From: Fimbriimonadales bacterium
GTDB taxonomy: Bacteria > Armatimonadota > Fimbriimonadia > Fimbriimonadales > ATM1
DNA length: 64,000 nt
Assembly: GCA_041744215.1 (NCBI GenBank)
Contig: JBGTLG010000015.1
Span: 96,001-160,000, forward strand
Direction: 5' to 3'
Part shown: positions 55,974 through 64,000 of the stretch, piece by piece
Numbering within the stretch: the stretch's first letter is position 1
How the letters are laid out: each line of letters begins with the position of its first letter
Notes under the pieces: model-generated
What the model saw: the letters and a program-made list of their open reading frames with translations, nothing else
Told to the model about the DNA's origin: nothing
Databases searched by the model: none
Made by a program: the position numbers and the translations under genes

Positions 55974-56681
55974 ATGTTGTCCCCTTATGATTGGCAAGAG
56001 AGCATAAGCCAACGCGCCCAGTACATTGAAAACCGCATCAAGAGCGGGTCGCCGATAGTGGGGCTATCCATTGATGCCGGCTGCATTTTGTACACGTATC
56101 GAAAGCACATTCGAAAAGTCTACGAAGTCTATGATCGCATGATGTTTTCAGCGATCGGTCAGCAGGCAGACGTCGAATCAATGCGCGTGACTTCGATCGA
56201 CTTTGCACACCAGGAAGGATTTGCACATAGTGAGGACGATGTGACCATCGGCCGACTTGTTGGTTTCGCCCTCAGCGGCCCCATGAAGCGTGCTTTCGGG
56301 GATCTCACCGTAGCTCCGTTTGTCATCCATGCGCTGTTCGCGGAGATGAACGCAAAACCAGCAGAAGACCTGTTCATTTGGCTGCACTATGACGGGGATT
56401 TCGTCGCACACAGGCAGTTCGCAGTTGCCGCTGGCACGCGCGATTCCGAGAAGCGGATGGTCGAGTTTTTGTCAAGTGCGTATCGTCCCGACTTGTCGGT
56501 GGAAGAGGCTTTCGGAATTGCTGACCAAGCATGGCGCATCGGAGCCGATCGCGATGTTGACGGTGTCCCGGATGAGGAACTCCTGTCGGATGCCTTCCCC
56601 GAGATCGGTTTTCTTGAGCGAAACGTTGAACGCGTGCGCAGATTTCGTCTCATTCAGCAGGATTCGAAGCACTCCAGGTAG
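55974..56681 (+). CDS. prcA: 20S proteasome alpha subunit
   Basis: PYDW....R..Y....I..GSP.V, KVYEVYDR..F.A.G...D.E..R, S..DVT, P.....LFAE, YDG, L.R.....R.FR. Follows prcB. Confidence 0.88.
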   Translation: MLSPYDWQESISQRAQYIENRIKSGSPIVGLSIDAGCILYTYRKHIRKVYEVYDRMMFSAIGQQADVESMRVTSIDFAHQEGFAHSEDDVTIGRLVGFALSGPMKRAFGDLTVAPFVIHALFAEMNAKPAEDLFIWLHYDGDFVAHRQFAVAAGTRDSEKRMVEFLSSAYRPDLSVEEAFGIADQAWRIGADRDVDGVPDEELLSDAFPEIGFLERNVERVRRFRLIQQDSKHSR

Positions 56682-56834
56682 CGCTGTCCGTCCATGAGAT
56701 TGATCCGCAAGGAAGCTCCGCTGCATCCGCATAGGGGACGTCCTTTGCCGCTCTTGTTCTCGTCCTGAGTGCTGAGATAATGCGTCAAGGACCTTTGACG
56801 CAGATCGCCTGCGAGAATCGTCCAATCTGGATAG

Positions 56835-57530
56835 ATGGTGCTATTGACAGCTTCTCTCCTCTTGGTCGGACAATCGGTAGGGCCGATTCGCGGCTTCGCG
56901 CCGACCTTCCTGTACGAGAAGATTTCCATCGAAGGTTTTGACGTCTACGTATCTCCAGAAGTAAGGGGTGTTTCGGAGAGACGCGCGCCAGGCCTTGCGG
57001 CTCTACACGCGGCACTGCTCGATGTACTTCACTCGGTGCCGTCCAATCGGATTAGCGCAGTTTTAGGTATGTCGATTTGGCTGGAGTGGGACTTGAGAGA
57101 CAGAGGAGTAGTCGTTACGTACCTCTCGCAAACGGCCAAAGAATTGAGGGAGGTTGGAGTGAACCCCGACAAAGCGCAAGGGATCGAGGTAAGTAACTTG
57201 CGCACGTTCCTCGGTTCCGACGCTCTTGCAGCGCGATCGATCCTCTCAGCACTCGCTATCGCGTATCTTCACAAGTCACTTGCGCCAGGGCGCGACGCAA
57301 TTGAGACGACTTTCCGCCGAGCAATGGAGGACGGACTCTACGCGTTGTCAGCAGAGAAGCGGAAGCTGGAAACGCGTTCATACCCAAGTGTCGGCCCAGA
57401 CGAGTATTTTGCGATTCTAACGCTTGCTTACTTTGATCGAAACAACTTCTATCCGTTCAACCGCAGGGATCTCCGGGATCACGACTCACGGGGAGCAGCG
57501 CTTATGGCCCAGGTGTGGGATTCGAATTAG
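56835..57530 (+). CDS. Secreted zincin-metallopeptidase-like protein with degenerate HExxH
   Basis: Signal peptide. IEGF.V.V, IWLE, NPDKA..IE..N, EYFA..T.AYF..N.FYPF.R.DL..HD..G..LM..VW. SALAI sits where HExxH is expected. Confidence 0.6.
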   Translation: MVLLTASLLLVGQSVGPIRGFAPTFLYEKISIEGFDVYVSPEVRGVSERRAPGLAALHAALLDVLHSVPSNRISAVLGMSIWLEWDLRDRGVVVTYLSQTAKELREVGVNPDKAQGIEVSNLRTFLGSDALAARSILSALAIAYLHKSLAPGRDAIETTFRRAMEDGLYALSAEKRKLETRSYPSVGPDEYFAILTLAYFDRNNFYPFNRRDLRDHDSRGAALMAQVWDSN

Positions 57531-58309
57531 AGCAGCAGATTCCCGACAGAGTCGTTTCCTCGCGCAATTGCAGCATAGTATTCCGCAACCCACTCCGCAG
57601 TTTCCGCTCGCGTATAGACCTCGTCCGAGTCTCCCCGGACCGCGTCAAGCAACAGGTGCGCGACCTCATCGGCCGATTGGGCTCTGACTGAAGGAAACGA
57701 CCGGGCGCGCCCTTCGAGCTGTGGAGTCGCAATGTGTTTCGGGTTTGCCGACGATTGAAAATCTGTGCTAGTCAAACCTGGGTTAAAGAGCAATACTCGA
57801 ACTCCCTCGCGACTAAGTTCCTGTCGCCAGCCCACCGCCATTGCCGCTAGCGCCGCCTTGGCCGCGTTGTAAGCTGCTCGCCACGGGGCGTACGGAATAC
57901 GACCGAGGATGCTCCCCACCAAGACGATCGTGCCCTTGCGAGCCGCCACCATCGCCGGTGAGCACCCTGCAACCGTGTTCATTGCGGACAGCAAGTTGAC
58001 CCTCATCATGGAGTCGATGTCAGCGTACGTGGTCTTACATGGCATCACCGTCAAGCCTCGTCCAACATTAGCGATAGCGACGTCAAAAGTCTCGGCGCTT
58101 GCGAGGTACTCGACAGATTCCGCAAGCTCCATATCGAGAGCGACAGTTTCCAGCCCTTTACCGACTTCGTCCTGCAACTCTATGAGCAGTTCTGCACGCC
58201 TTGCAACCGCGACCACCGAGGCACCTTGAGATACTGCTAGCCTAACGGCTGCTCGTCCGATCCCGCTACTCCCACCAGTTATGAGAATTCGCTTATTGCG
58301 GATGTCCAT
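57527..58309 (-). CDS. Short-chain dehydrogenase/reductase
   Basis: ITGGSSGIG, VARR, N.G, S, YNAAK, PG.T.T.F. Confidence 0.9.
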   Translation of the reverse strand: MDIRNKRILITGGSSGIGRAAVRLAVSQGASVVAVARRAELLIELQDEVGKGLETVALDMELAESVEYLASAETFDVAIANVGRGLTVMPCKTTYADIDSMMRVNLLSAMNTVAGCSPAMVAARKGTIVLVGSILGRIPYAPWRAAYNAAKAALAAMAVGWRQELSREGVRVLLFNPGLTSTDFQSSANPKHIATPQLEGRARSFPSVRAQSADEVAHLLLDAVRGDSDEVYTRAETAEWVAEYYAAIARGNDSVGNLLL

Positions 58310-58451
58310 GTCTCCGATTATGCAGAAGAACTGAAGCGCACGATAAAGGATCTGACACCAAACGATAAGAGAGACCCGAGTCCCATCACCATGTCCGCCT
58401 GCTCATCCAACGCAAATGAGAAACCGCAACTTCAGCCGTACAGAATAGGCC

Positions 58452-59315
58452 ATGATGTCCTCAATGATTTCCGGCGCGTTTACTGCTCTGATAACCCCAT
58501 TCGATGCGACGGGTGAGGTTGACTACCCAGGTTTCGCGCGACTCCTCGCCTGGCATGAGGCGGCCGGAATGGACGGGGTTGTCATTGCGGGCACTAATGG
58601 CGAAGGTCCAAGCCTTAGTTCGGTTGAAAAGCGGGACGCACTCCGGTTCGCTGTTGAGCATGCAGGGAAACTGAAGGTGATTCTCGGAGGCGGGACGTGT
58701 TCGATAACCGAGGCAGTGTGGCTATCCGAACAGGCGCAGAAAGCGGGCGCAATTGCCACTCTCATGCTGCCGCCCTTTTACTTTAATGCGACAGAGCGTG
58801 GACTTTTCGCGTGGTTTAACCAGCTCTTGTCGAATTGTGACCTGCCCTGCATCGTGTACAACTTTCCGAAAACCACGGGGGTAACCATCAGTTCTGCCCT
58901 CCTGGAGTCGCTCTTCGAGTTTGAACATTGTGTTGGTATCAAAGACAGCTCCGGCGACCTGGCGCAACTGAACGCATACCTTTCGGTCGCATTGCGTCAC
59001 GATCGAGTTGTTCTGGTAGGCGACGAGCGCCTGCTCCTGCATTCACTCTCTTCGGGTGGTTCAGGGACCATCAGCGGACTCGCGAACACCTTTCCTGTCC
59101 TGGTGTCCAGACAGGTCCGTGAACAATCGGATGCACTGCAGTCACTCATGAATCAAGCGGTTGAAAACATCAAGAAGCATCCACAGCCTGCGGTGCACAA
59201 AGCCATTCTGAATCATCGTGGCCTTCCGGGGGGTCAAGTTCGTCCGCCGCTGGAACCGATCTCAGAGGACGCTCAAACAGAGGTTCTGGCCTTTGTCGAC
59301 TCATTTGGGTTCTAA
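58452..59315 (+). CDS. DHDPS/NAL-family class I aldolase
   Basis: ALITPF, GTNGE..SLS..E, PPFY, YNFP..TG, GIKDSSGD, G.ISG.AN, VR.PL. Confidence 0.88.
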   Translation: MMSSMISGAFTALITPFDATGEVDYPGFARLLAWHEAAGMDGVVIAGTNGEGPSLSSVEKRDALRFAVEHAGKLKVILGGGTCSITEAVWLSEQAQKAGAIATLMLPPFYFNATERGLFAWFNQLLSNCDLPCIVYNFPKTTGVTISSALLESLFEFEHCVGIKDSSGDLAQLNAYLSVALRHDRVVLVGDERLLLHSLSSGGSGTISGLANTFPVLVSRQVREQSDALQSLMNQAVENIKKHPQPAVHKAILNHRGLPGGQVRPPLEPISEDAQTEVLAFVDSFGF

Positions 59316-59335
59316 ACGTCAGGTACAAACGCCTT

Positions 59336-60628
59336 ATGGTCCTCGCTCTGGCGCTCGTGCTCTCGGATGCCTTGACACCGGTTCGAGCAGCGCACTCCAA
59401 TCTCCAAGAGTGTGCGCTCAGAATCGAGGCGATGGCAACTGTTTCTGAGGCACATACCCAGTTTTCATACGACATTTATCGGGATCGCGACGGTCGCTTT
59501 AGAATTGACCTTCGACCGGACACAGATTCGGAGTACATTTTCTTCACAGATGGCAACCGGATCATTCTTTATGAGCGAAGCAGAAATGTCTTTGTCGAAA
59601 CTCCATACACGCCAGAAAGATCTCCGAGCCAAAATGTAAGCGCAACCTTCGGTGCTGCGGAGCCAATGATGCAGGTCTACTTGGAGCCCCGTAACGGGCT
59701 TGCCTCTTTCTTGCGCACTTGGGGTGCTTCGGGTTTTGTGCGTGACGCAGCGCGACAAGGGGAATACGTCGCAAAGAATGCGACAGCACCTGTTCGTATC
59801 TTTGCATCACGTGGGACGAATCTCATTGAGTCTGTCATCGTTGGCGAAGCAGACCGGGCAGCGAAGTGGCAGGTCAAAGCTGCGCCACTGTCCCTTCTAG
59901 AAGCGATACCTTGGACTCCACCGCAAACTGCGATTCAGATTGAGTCCTTTGCGCCAAACGCGCTCCCAGCTCCGATTGTCTCACCAGAAGCTAAACCGAT
60001 CATTCAGCGTTCTCGTGAGGTGTACGACAACCTGAGCACCATAGCGTTTTCTTCCAGTTCCTACCTGTTCACCTCTGACGCGGAGGATCAGCAATCAGCG
60101 CACGGGTGGTGGGAGCGAAGCGGACGTCTGCGCGTTGCGGCAACCGTTTCATCGGCAAATCGATCACTAGAAGCTTTCTTCGATGGCGCAACGCTTCGGG
60201 CATATGATAAGACGAGTAAGAAGGGTTACATTGGCGTCATCCCATCTACAGAAGTTGTCGATGTGATTCTCCAGTTAGGTGGACCTATCGAGCCGCTGGT
60301 CGCTACGCTCGCGACGAAGAAGCCCTTTTGGAATCGCTTTCTGCAACCAGGATCGAATGTAACTCTGGAGACGGAGTCTGACACGGGCGCGAGTATTCTA
60401 AGAATCACCACTTTCGACGGGTGGACAGTAAGACTCACTGTGAGGCAGGATGGGCTGATTGGGCGAATTGAGCGATCTTTGAGTGTTGACGGCAAGCTCT
60501 CCGCCTCAGAAACTGTACTTTATAGTTACCACCGCGTCAATGAACCAATACCTGCCGAAGACTGGACACTACCTGTTCCGACCGAGACAATCTTCGATCC
60601 GCTGATCCTGGGAGACAGAAATCGCTGA
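59336..60628 (+). CDS. Exported protein with two LolA-like beta-sheet modules
   Basis: Signal peptide. Two similar halves, each with RxD/R..A....F.DG....Y(E/D) and ending W..P. Confidence 0.5.
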   Translation: MVLALALVLSDALTPVRAAHSNLQECALRIEAMATVSEAHTQFSYDIYRDRDGRFRIDLRPDTDSEYIFFTDGNRIILYERSRNVFVETPYTPERSPSQNVSATFGAAEPMMQVYLEPRNGLASFLRTWGASGFVRDAARQGEYVAKNATAPVRIFASRGTNLIESVIVGEADRAAKWQVKAAPLSLLEAIPWTPPQTAIQIESFAPNALPAPIVSPEAKPIIQRSREVYDNLSTIAFSSSSYLFTSDAEDQQSAHGWWERSGRLRVAATVSSANRSLEAFFDGATLRAYDKTSKKGYIGVIPSTEVVDVILQLGGPIEPLVATLATKKPFWNRFLQPGSNVTLETESDTGASILRITTFDGWTVRLTVRQDGLIGRIERSLSVDGKLSASETVLYSYHRVNEPIPAEDWTLPVPTETIFDPLILGDRNR

Positions 60629-60686
60629 AGGTCCTCTTCAGCCACCTAGCATTCCCAACATTTAATCCGTCATAACTGTCAATCGG

Positions 60687-60944
60687 ATGATGTCAGACGA
60701 CAATCAGTTATCAGACATTGTTGACAAGTGGAGGGGAGCGGGGGCCAACGAGTCCCTGACTTCCCTAGCAAAAACCACTGCGGATGCGATTCGGCGCACC
60801 TGGACAGGCAACGCAGACTCCATCAAAGATCTGATGGTGTGGCTGGAAGACATCCAAGAGGGCCAGGTTCCTTCGAGCGCTAGGGTTCGATCGATCTATC
60901 TAAGGCTCGAGAAGGTGAGGGCTGCAACACCAGATAAGAACTGA
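60687..60944 (+). CDS. Small hypothetical protein
   Basis: 85-aa helical ORF filling the gap between genes. No recognisable motif. Confidence 0.55.
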   Translation: MMSDDNQLSDIVDKWRGAGANESLTSLAKTTADAIRRTWTGNADSIKDLMVWLEDIQEGQVPSSARVRSIYLRLEKVRAATPDKN

Positions 60945-60986
60945 CGCAACGGGTTGCCTAAGCCGAGAAGATTACGGCTGCGATCT

Positions 60987-61835
60987 CTATAATCTTATGG
61001 CCATGACGTTGTGCTCCGTAGCAACAACTTGGTAGTGGGAAACACTCCCCAAAAACACCCGGTCCCAGAACCCATGGCCTCGCGCACCAACGATCAGAAG
61101 ATCTGCGTCGCACTGCTTCATCGTTTGGGCGATCACATCGTTTGGGTGCCCTTCAATGATGACCTGATCTGAGTCGATTCCTGCTGCTTGAAACTGCGAA
61201 GCGAGCAACTCATTGGTTTCTTCAGCTTCAGCACTCGACAGATCAGCGCTCGTTTCGTGATGCTCTGGTTCACTAATCGCGCGTAAGACCGTGATTCGAG
61301 CGAGTCCTTGTGGGGTCCACGTAAGAAGCTTGTCCGCGCAACGCTTCGAGTAGTCTGAGTGGTCAGTTGCAAAAATTGCGGAGAGCGATCCTGTTGTCCT
61401 CGGAGCGCGCTTCGCGATAAGAAGCGACTGCTTCGCGCCCGAAGTGAGGGCCTTCGTAACGCTACCGTAAAACAGAGACCCCCAGGCGTCCTTCTTAGCT
61501 GACTCCACAGCTATGATGTCGGCGGTCTGCTCCTCTGCAAATTCGATGAGGCTACGTCCGGCATCCCCTCTGCGAAGTGTAACGGAAACTTCGTAAGCAG
61601 ATTGCGCCAGTTTTGCTTGCGCCTGTGCTAAGGCGCTCCTACCCTCCTCTTCCAGTTGTTCGACACGCGCCCGAAGCGGGTGAGAGGGACTGACGTTCGG
61701 ATATGCGGTCTCTGGGAGGAGTCCCTCAATGCTATGAAGCAGATGTACTTCTGCTTTCGCAAACTGTAACTGCTTCAAGACATTGAGGGTGATCGAGGCG
61801 CCGCCGTGATCGATTCCTACTACAAGCTTTGTCAT
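60987..61835 (-). CDS. Tandem-domain universal stress protein
   Basis: Two USP domains (VVGID...GSVT..L; ATD.S..S, G.P...I, DLLIVGARG..F....LGSVS). ATG overlaps the terC stop. Confidence 0.9.
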   Translation of the reverse strand: MTKLVVGIDHGGASITLNVLKQLQFAKAEVHLLHSIEGLLPETAYPNVSPSHPLRARVEQLEEEGRSALAQAQAKLAQSAYEVSVTLRRGDAGRSLIEFAEEQTADIIAVESAKKDAWGSLFYGSVTKALTSGAKQSLLIAKRAPRTTGSLSAIFATDHSDYSKRCADKLLTWTPQGLARITVLRAISEPEHHETSADLSSAEAEETNELLASQFQAAGIDSDQVIIEGHPNDVIAQTMKQCDADLLIVGARGHGFWDRVFLGSVSHYQVVATEHNVMAIRL

Positions 61836-62860
61836 AGTTCGGTGTCCTCAGATTGTACTCTTTCTTCGCTGTCGACTTGGGGTTGAGGCTTAGGTGGCCA
61901 GGCGAGCGAAGCTGCGACCGAGGCTCCCAGAATTGCGACGATTACGACCAACGATAACCACGTAGGCATATGAGGGATTCCCCAAGTGCCGACCTTCTCA
62001 ACGTAACCATACAGCATCTTGACACCGACGAATACTAGAACTAATGCAAGACCATAGTTGAGGTAATGAAAGAGTTGCATCAGGCCTGCAAGCGCAAAGA
62101 ACAATGCTCGCAGGCCAAGAATCGCAAACACGTTGGATGTAAAGACGATGAATGGATCTTGTGTGATTGCGAAGATAGCGGGGATTGAGTCAACTGCGAA
62201 AACGATGTCGGTCAGCTCAATCACAAGGAGTGCAACGAAGAGCGGTGTAGCAGTCAAGACGCCGTTTATGCGAACAAAGAAGTTCGCTCCATGGTAGTCG
62301 TCTGTTGTAGGAAACACTTTCCGGAACCACCGCACAACAGGGTTCTTCCCAGGATCCATCTCCTTTCCATGGATGACTACCATCTTGACGCCCGTCAAGA
62401 TCAAAAACAGCCCGAAGACCACCATCGTCCAGAGAAACTTCGCAATCAGCGTTGCGCCTAATGCGATGAAGATGCCCCTGAACACGAGCGCGCCAACGAT
62501 GCCTAGAAACAAGACCCGGTACTGGTACTCAGAAGGGACACGAAAGTACGCGAAGACGATCAAGAAGACGAAGATGTTGTCGACACTTAGCGCGCGCTCT
62601 ACCGCATATCCCGCGAAGAACGCCATTGCAGCATCAGCATTTGAGTAAGAACTGCTTGGCTGGATTCGATCCCAAAACAGCCAAATGACACCATTGAAGA
62701 CGAGCGCGACGATGATCCAGATCACACTCCAGACGAGCGCTTCGCGCATCCGAATGGCGTGCACTTTTCGGTGAAAAACACCGAGGTCAAGCGCCAAAAA
62801 TCCGAGAACGAACCCCAAAAAGGTCGCCCAAATCCAAATGGAGACATTCGCTACTTCCAA
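61832..62860 (-). CDS. TerC/Alx family membrane protein (Mn2+ export type)
   Basis: LALDLG, E.ALSVDNIFVF, Q.RVLF.GI.GALV.R, E.TDIVFAVDSIPA, FTSN.FAILGLR. TTG start with GGAGG RBS. Confidence 0.93.
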   Translation of the reverse strand: MEVANVSIWIWATFLGFVLGFLALDLGVFHRKVHAIRMREALVWSVIWIIVALVFNGVIWLFWDRIQPSSSYSNADAAMAFFAGYAVERALSVDNIFVFLIVFAYFRVPSEYQYRVLFLGIVGALVFRGIFIALGATLIAKFLWTMVVFGLFLILTGVKMVVIHGKEMDPGKNPVVRWFRKVFPTTDDYHGANFFVRINGVLTATPLFVALLVIELTDIVFAVDSIPAIFAITQDPFIVFTSNVFAILGLRALFFALAGLMQLFHYLNYGLALVLVFVGVKMLYGYVEKVGTWGIPHMPTWLSLVVIVAILGASVAASLAWPPKPQPQVDSEERVQSEDTEL

Positions 62861-62949
62861 GGCAGTCGCCTCCGAAAATGCATCCTATAAGGTCGATTGA
62901 GTTCGCTTCTGCCGCTCATTTCAGTCATCTGGATCGAACGTCAGGCTAA

Positions 62950-63065
62950 CAAAAAGACCTTCATCCGCCTGGCGGTGAAGGTCTTGCGCTTTAAACCGGA
63001 CCGGCTCTTTCGAGCGTACTGACGACCTCGGTACTGCGTCTGCAGGCGCTACTCCCCTTCGGGAT
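62950..63065 (-). ncRNA. yybP-ykoY (Mn2+) riboswitch with intrinsic terminator
   Basis: Minus strand GAAGGGGAGTAGCGC...GTCGTCAGTAC-GCTC GAAA GAGC...GCGCAAGACCTTC. Terminator AAGACCTTCA-CCGC CAG GCGG-A-TGAAGGTCTT-TTTG shares the P1 3' strand. Upstream of terC. Confidence 0.92.
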
Positions 63066-63084
63066 CAATCGTATGATACCCGAG

Positions 63085-63672
63085 CTAGCATTCCTCGATT
63101 GGCTCAACCGTCCCAGTCTTCATGACGTACAACAGCGGGACGAAAGCGACTTCCCCATGTTCGTACGCCCGCCGAATGATCACGCTATCGCGACAAAGGT
63201 CTGATATCGTATTCTGGGCATTGAGTCTTGAGCAGTGGGTGATGGGATCAACTGAATGCTCTCGTCTCGCCTGAATTGCGGCTGGCCGAATGAGTGACCT
63301 CAATAAGCCACCAGTCGTCCCAGTGTCGTTATTGAAAACGCTACTCACCGCTAGGCAATTGGTGTGGGCCAATACGATCGCGAGCGGTACATTGAACTCT
63401 CGGATAGCGAGTTCAACCACCCAACGCGTGGTCTCACTCGCCACGTTGCCTGGTACCCGAGCAGTGAAGAGATCGCCTAGGCCTTGATCGAAGATGGGAG
63501 TGGGAGCCACACGTGAATCAGAGCAAGCGACGATGACTGCCTTAGGTTTCTGCTCTCGATCAATGCGTTCAAAGTCCTCTTGTGAGTACCGCCTCAGAGT
63601 GCTGTTCCCTGTCCGAAAGCGCTCGTTGCCCTCCATAAGGGCGTTCAGGACATTTTCTGCTCGCGAATTCAC
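63085..63672 (-). CDS. Beta-class carbonic anhydrase
   Basis: [32 protein letters not shown]...TG.V. GTG overlaps the glyQ stop. Confidence 0.92.
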   Translation of the reverse strand: MNSRAENVLNALMEGNERFRTGNSTLRRYSQEDFERIDREQKPKAVIVACSDSRVAPTPIFDQGLGDLFTARVPGNVASETTRWVVELAIREFNVPLAIVLAHTNCLAVSSVFNNDTGTTGGLLRSLIRPAAIQARREHSVDPITHCSRLNAQNTISDLCRDSVIIRRAYEHGEVAFVPLLYVMKTGTVEPIEEC

Positions 63673-64000
63673 TGAGCGACGCCAGCCTTTTCTTGGGACT
63701 TCAATAGCTCTACGTACTTGAGGCAGCACGCCCGAGCGCGAGCACGAATCCTATGAATGTAGGCGCCTCGCTCAGTTGGAGAGAGGGCACCGCGTGCATC
63801 GAGCAGATTAAAAATGTGCGAGCACTTGAGGGTTAGGTCGAAGGCTGGGTATACGAGCGGAACATCCCCACTTTCCGAGAGTCCGTAGCGGCCCAAATCT
63901 TCGGAGAACCCCGCCTTCAGTTCGATCGTCCTCTTGCTCTCCGCCTCGTACATTTCAAAAAGCTGGAACAACATCTCAACGTCAGCAACTTCGAAGTTGT
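63669..64000 (-). CDS. glyQ: Glycine-tRNA ligase alpha subunit, C-terminal part (5' end outside window)
   Basis: NFEVAD..ML...[30 protein letters not shown]. Confidence 0.92.
   Translation of the reverse strand, partial: NFEVADVEMLFQLFEMYEAESKRTIELKAGFSEDLGRYGLSESGDVPLVYPAFDLTLKCSHIFNLLDARGALSPTERGAYIHRIRARARACCLKYVELLKSQEKAGVAQ

Noticed and set aside
56682-56834. Hidden Pup/UBact gene or sRNA after prcA
   Set aside because: Only a 24-codon ORF without a GGE/GGQ or R(S/T)G(E/Q) end, plus one short hairpin (TGCGTCAA/TTGACGCA). Not enough support.
1-64000. CRISPR array, IS element or prophage
   Set aside because: No regularly spaced repeats and no transposase, integrase or phage structural genes. 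The window is almost fully tiled by recognisable chromosomal genes.

Overview
This is a gene-dense (~57% GC by eye) core-chromosome segment from a diderm bacterium. The gene set points to Armatimonadota/Fimbriimonadia, which is an inference: secretin and kdsB alongside sepF, TagA, LCP, trmFO, rqcH, actinobacterial-type TopA, 20S proteasome genes and an H-X9-DG protein. It holds a type IV pilus pilMNO(P)Q operon, two PilB-type ATPases, a pilB-HDOD-pilT cluster and an S8 protease. Housekeeping genes include ilvC, hrcA, mqnD, lon, hsp20, secG, phoU, yggS, sepF, infB, nusA, rel, kdsB, hpf, ispDF, topA and glyQ. It also has one tRNA and a yybP-ykoY Mn2+ riboswitch upstream of terC-usp. I saw no mobile element, prophage or CRISPR array. 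The most striking signals are: (1) a stand-alone cytochrome b/subunit IV/cytochrome c fusion lacking both heme bH ligands, the Qi segment and any adjacent Rieske gene; (2) a tRNA-Arg with the rare GCG anticodon, alongside frequent CGA codons; (3) prcB-prcA with no tagging or ATPase genes nearby; (4) a promoter plus terminator leader before nusA that looks like an autoregulatory attenuator; (5) a recurring GG-TANNNT promoter signature with leaderless or near-leaderless genes. All family calls come from motif recognition by eye, with no database searches.
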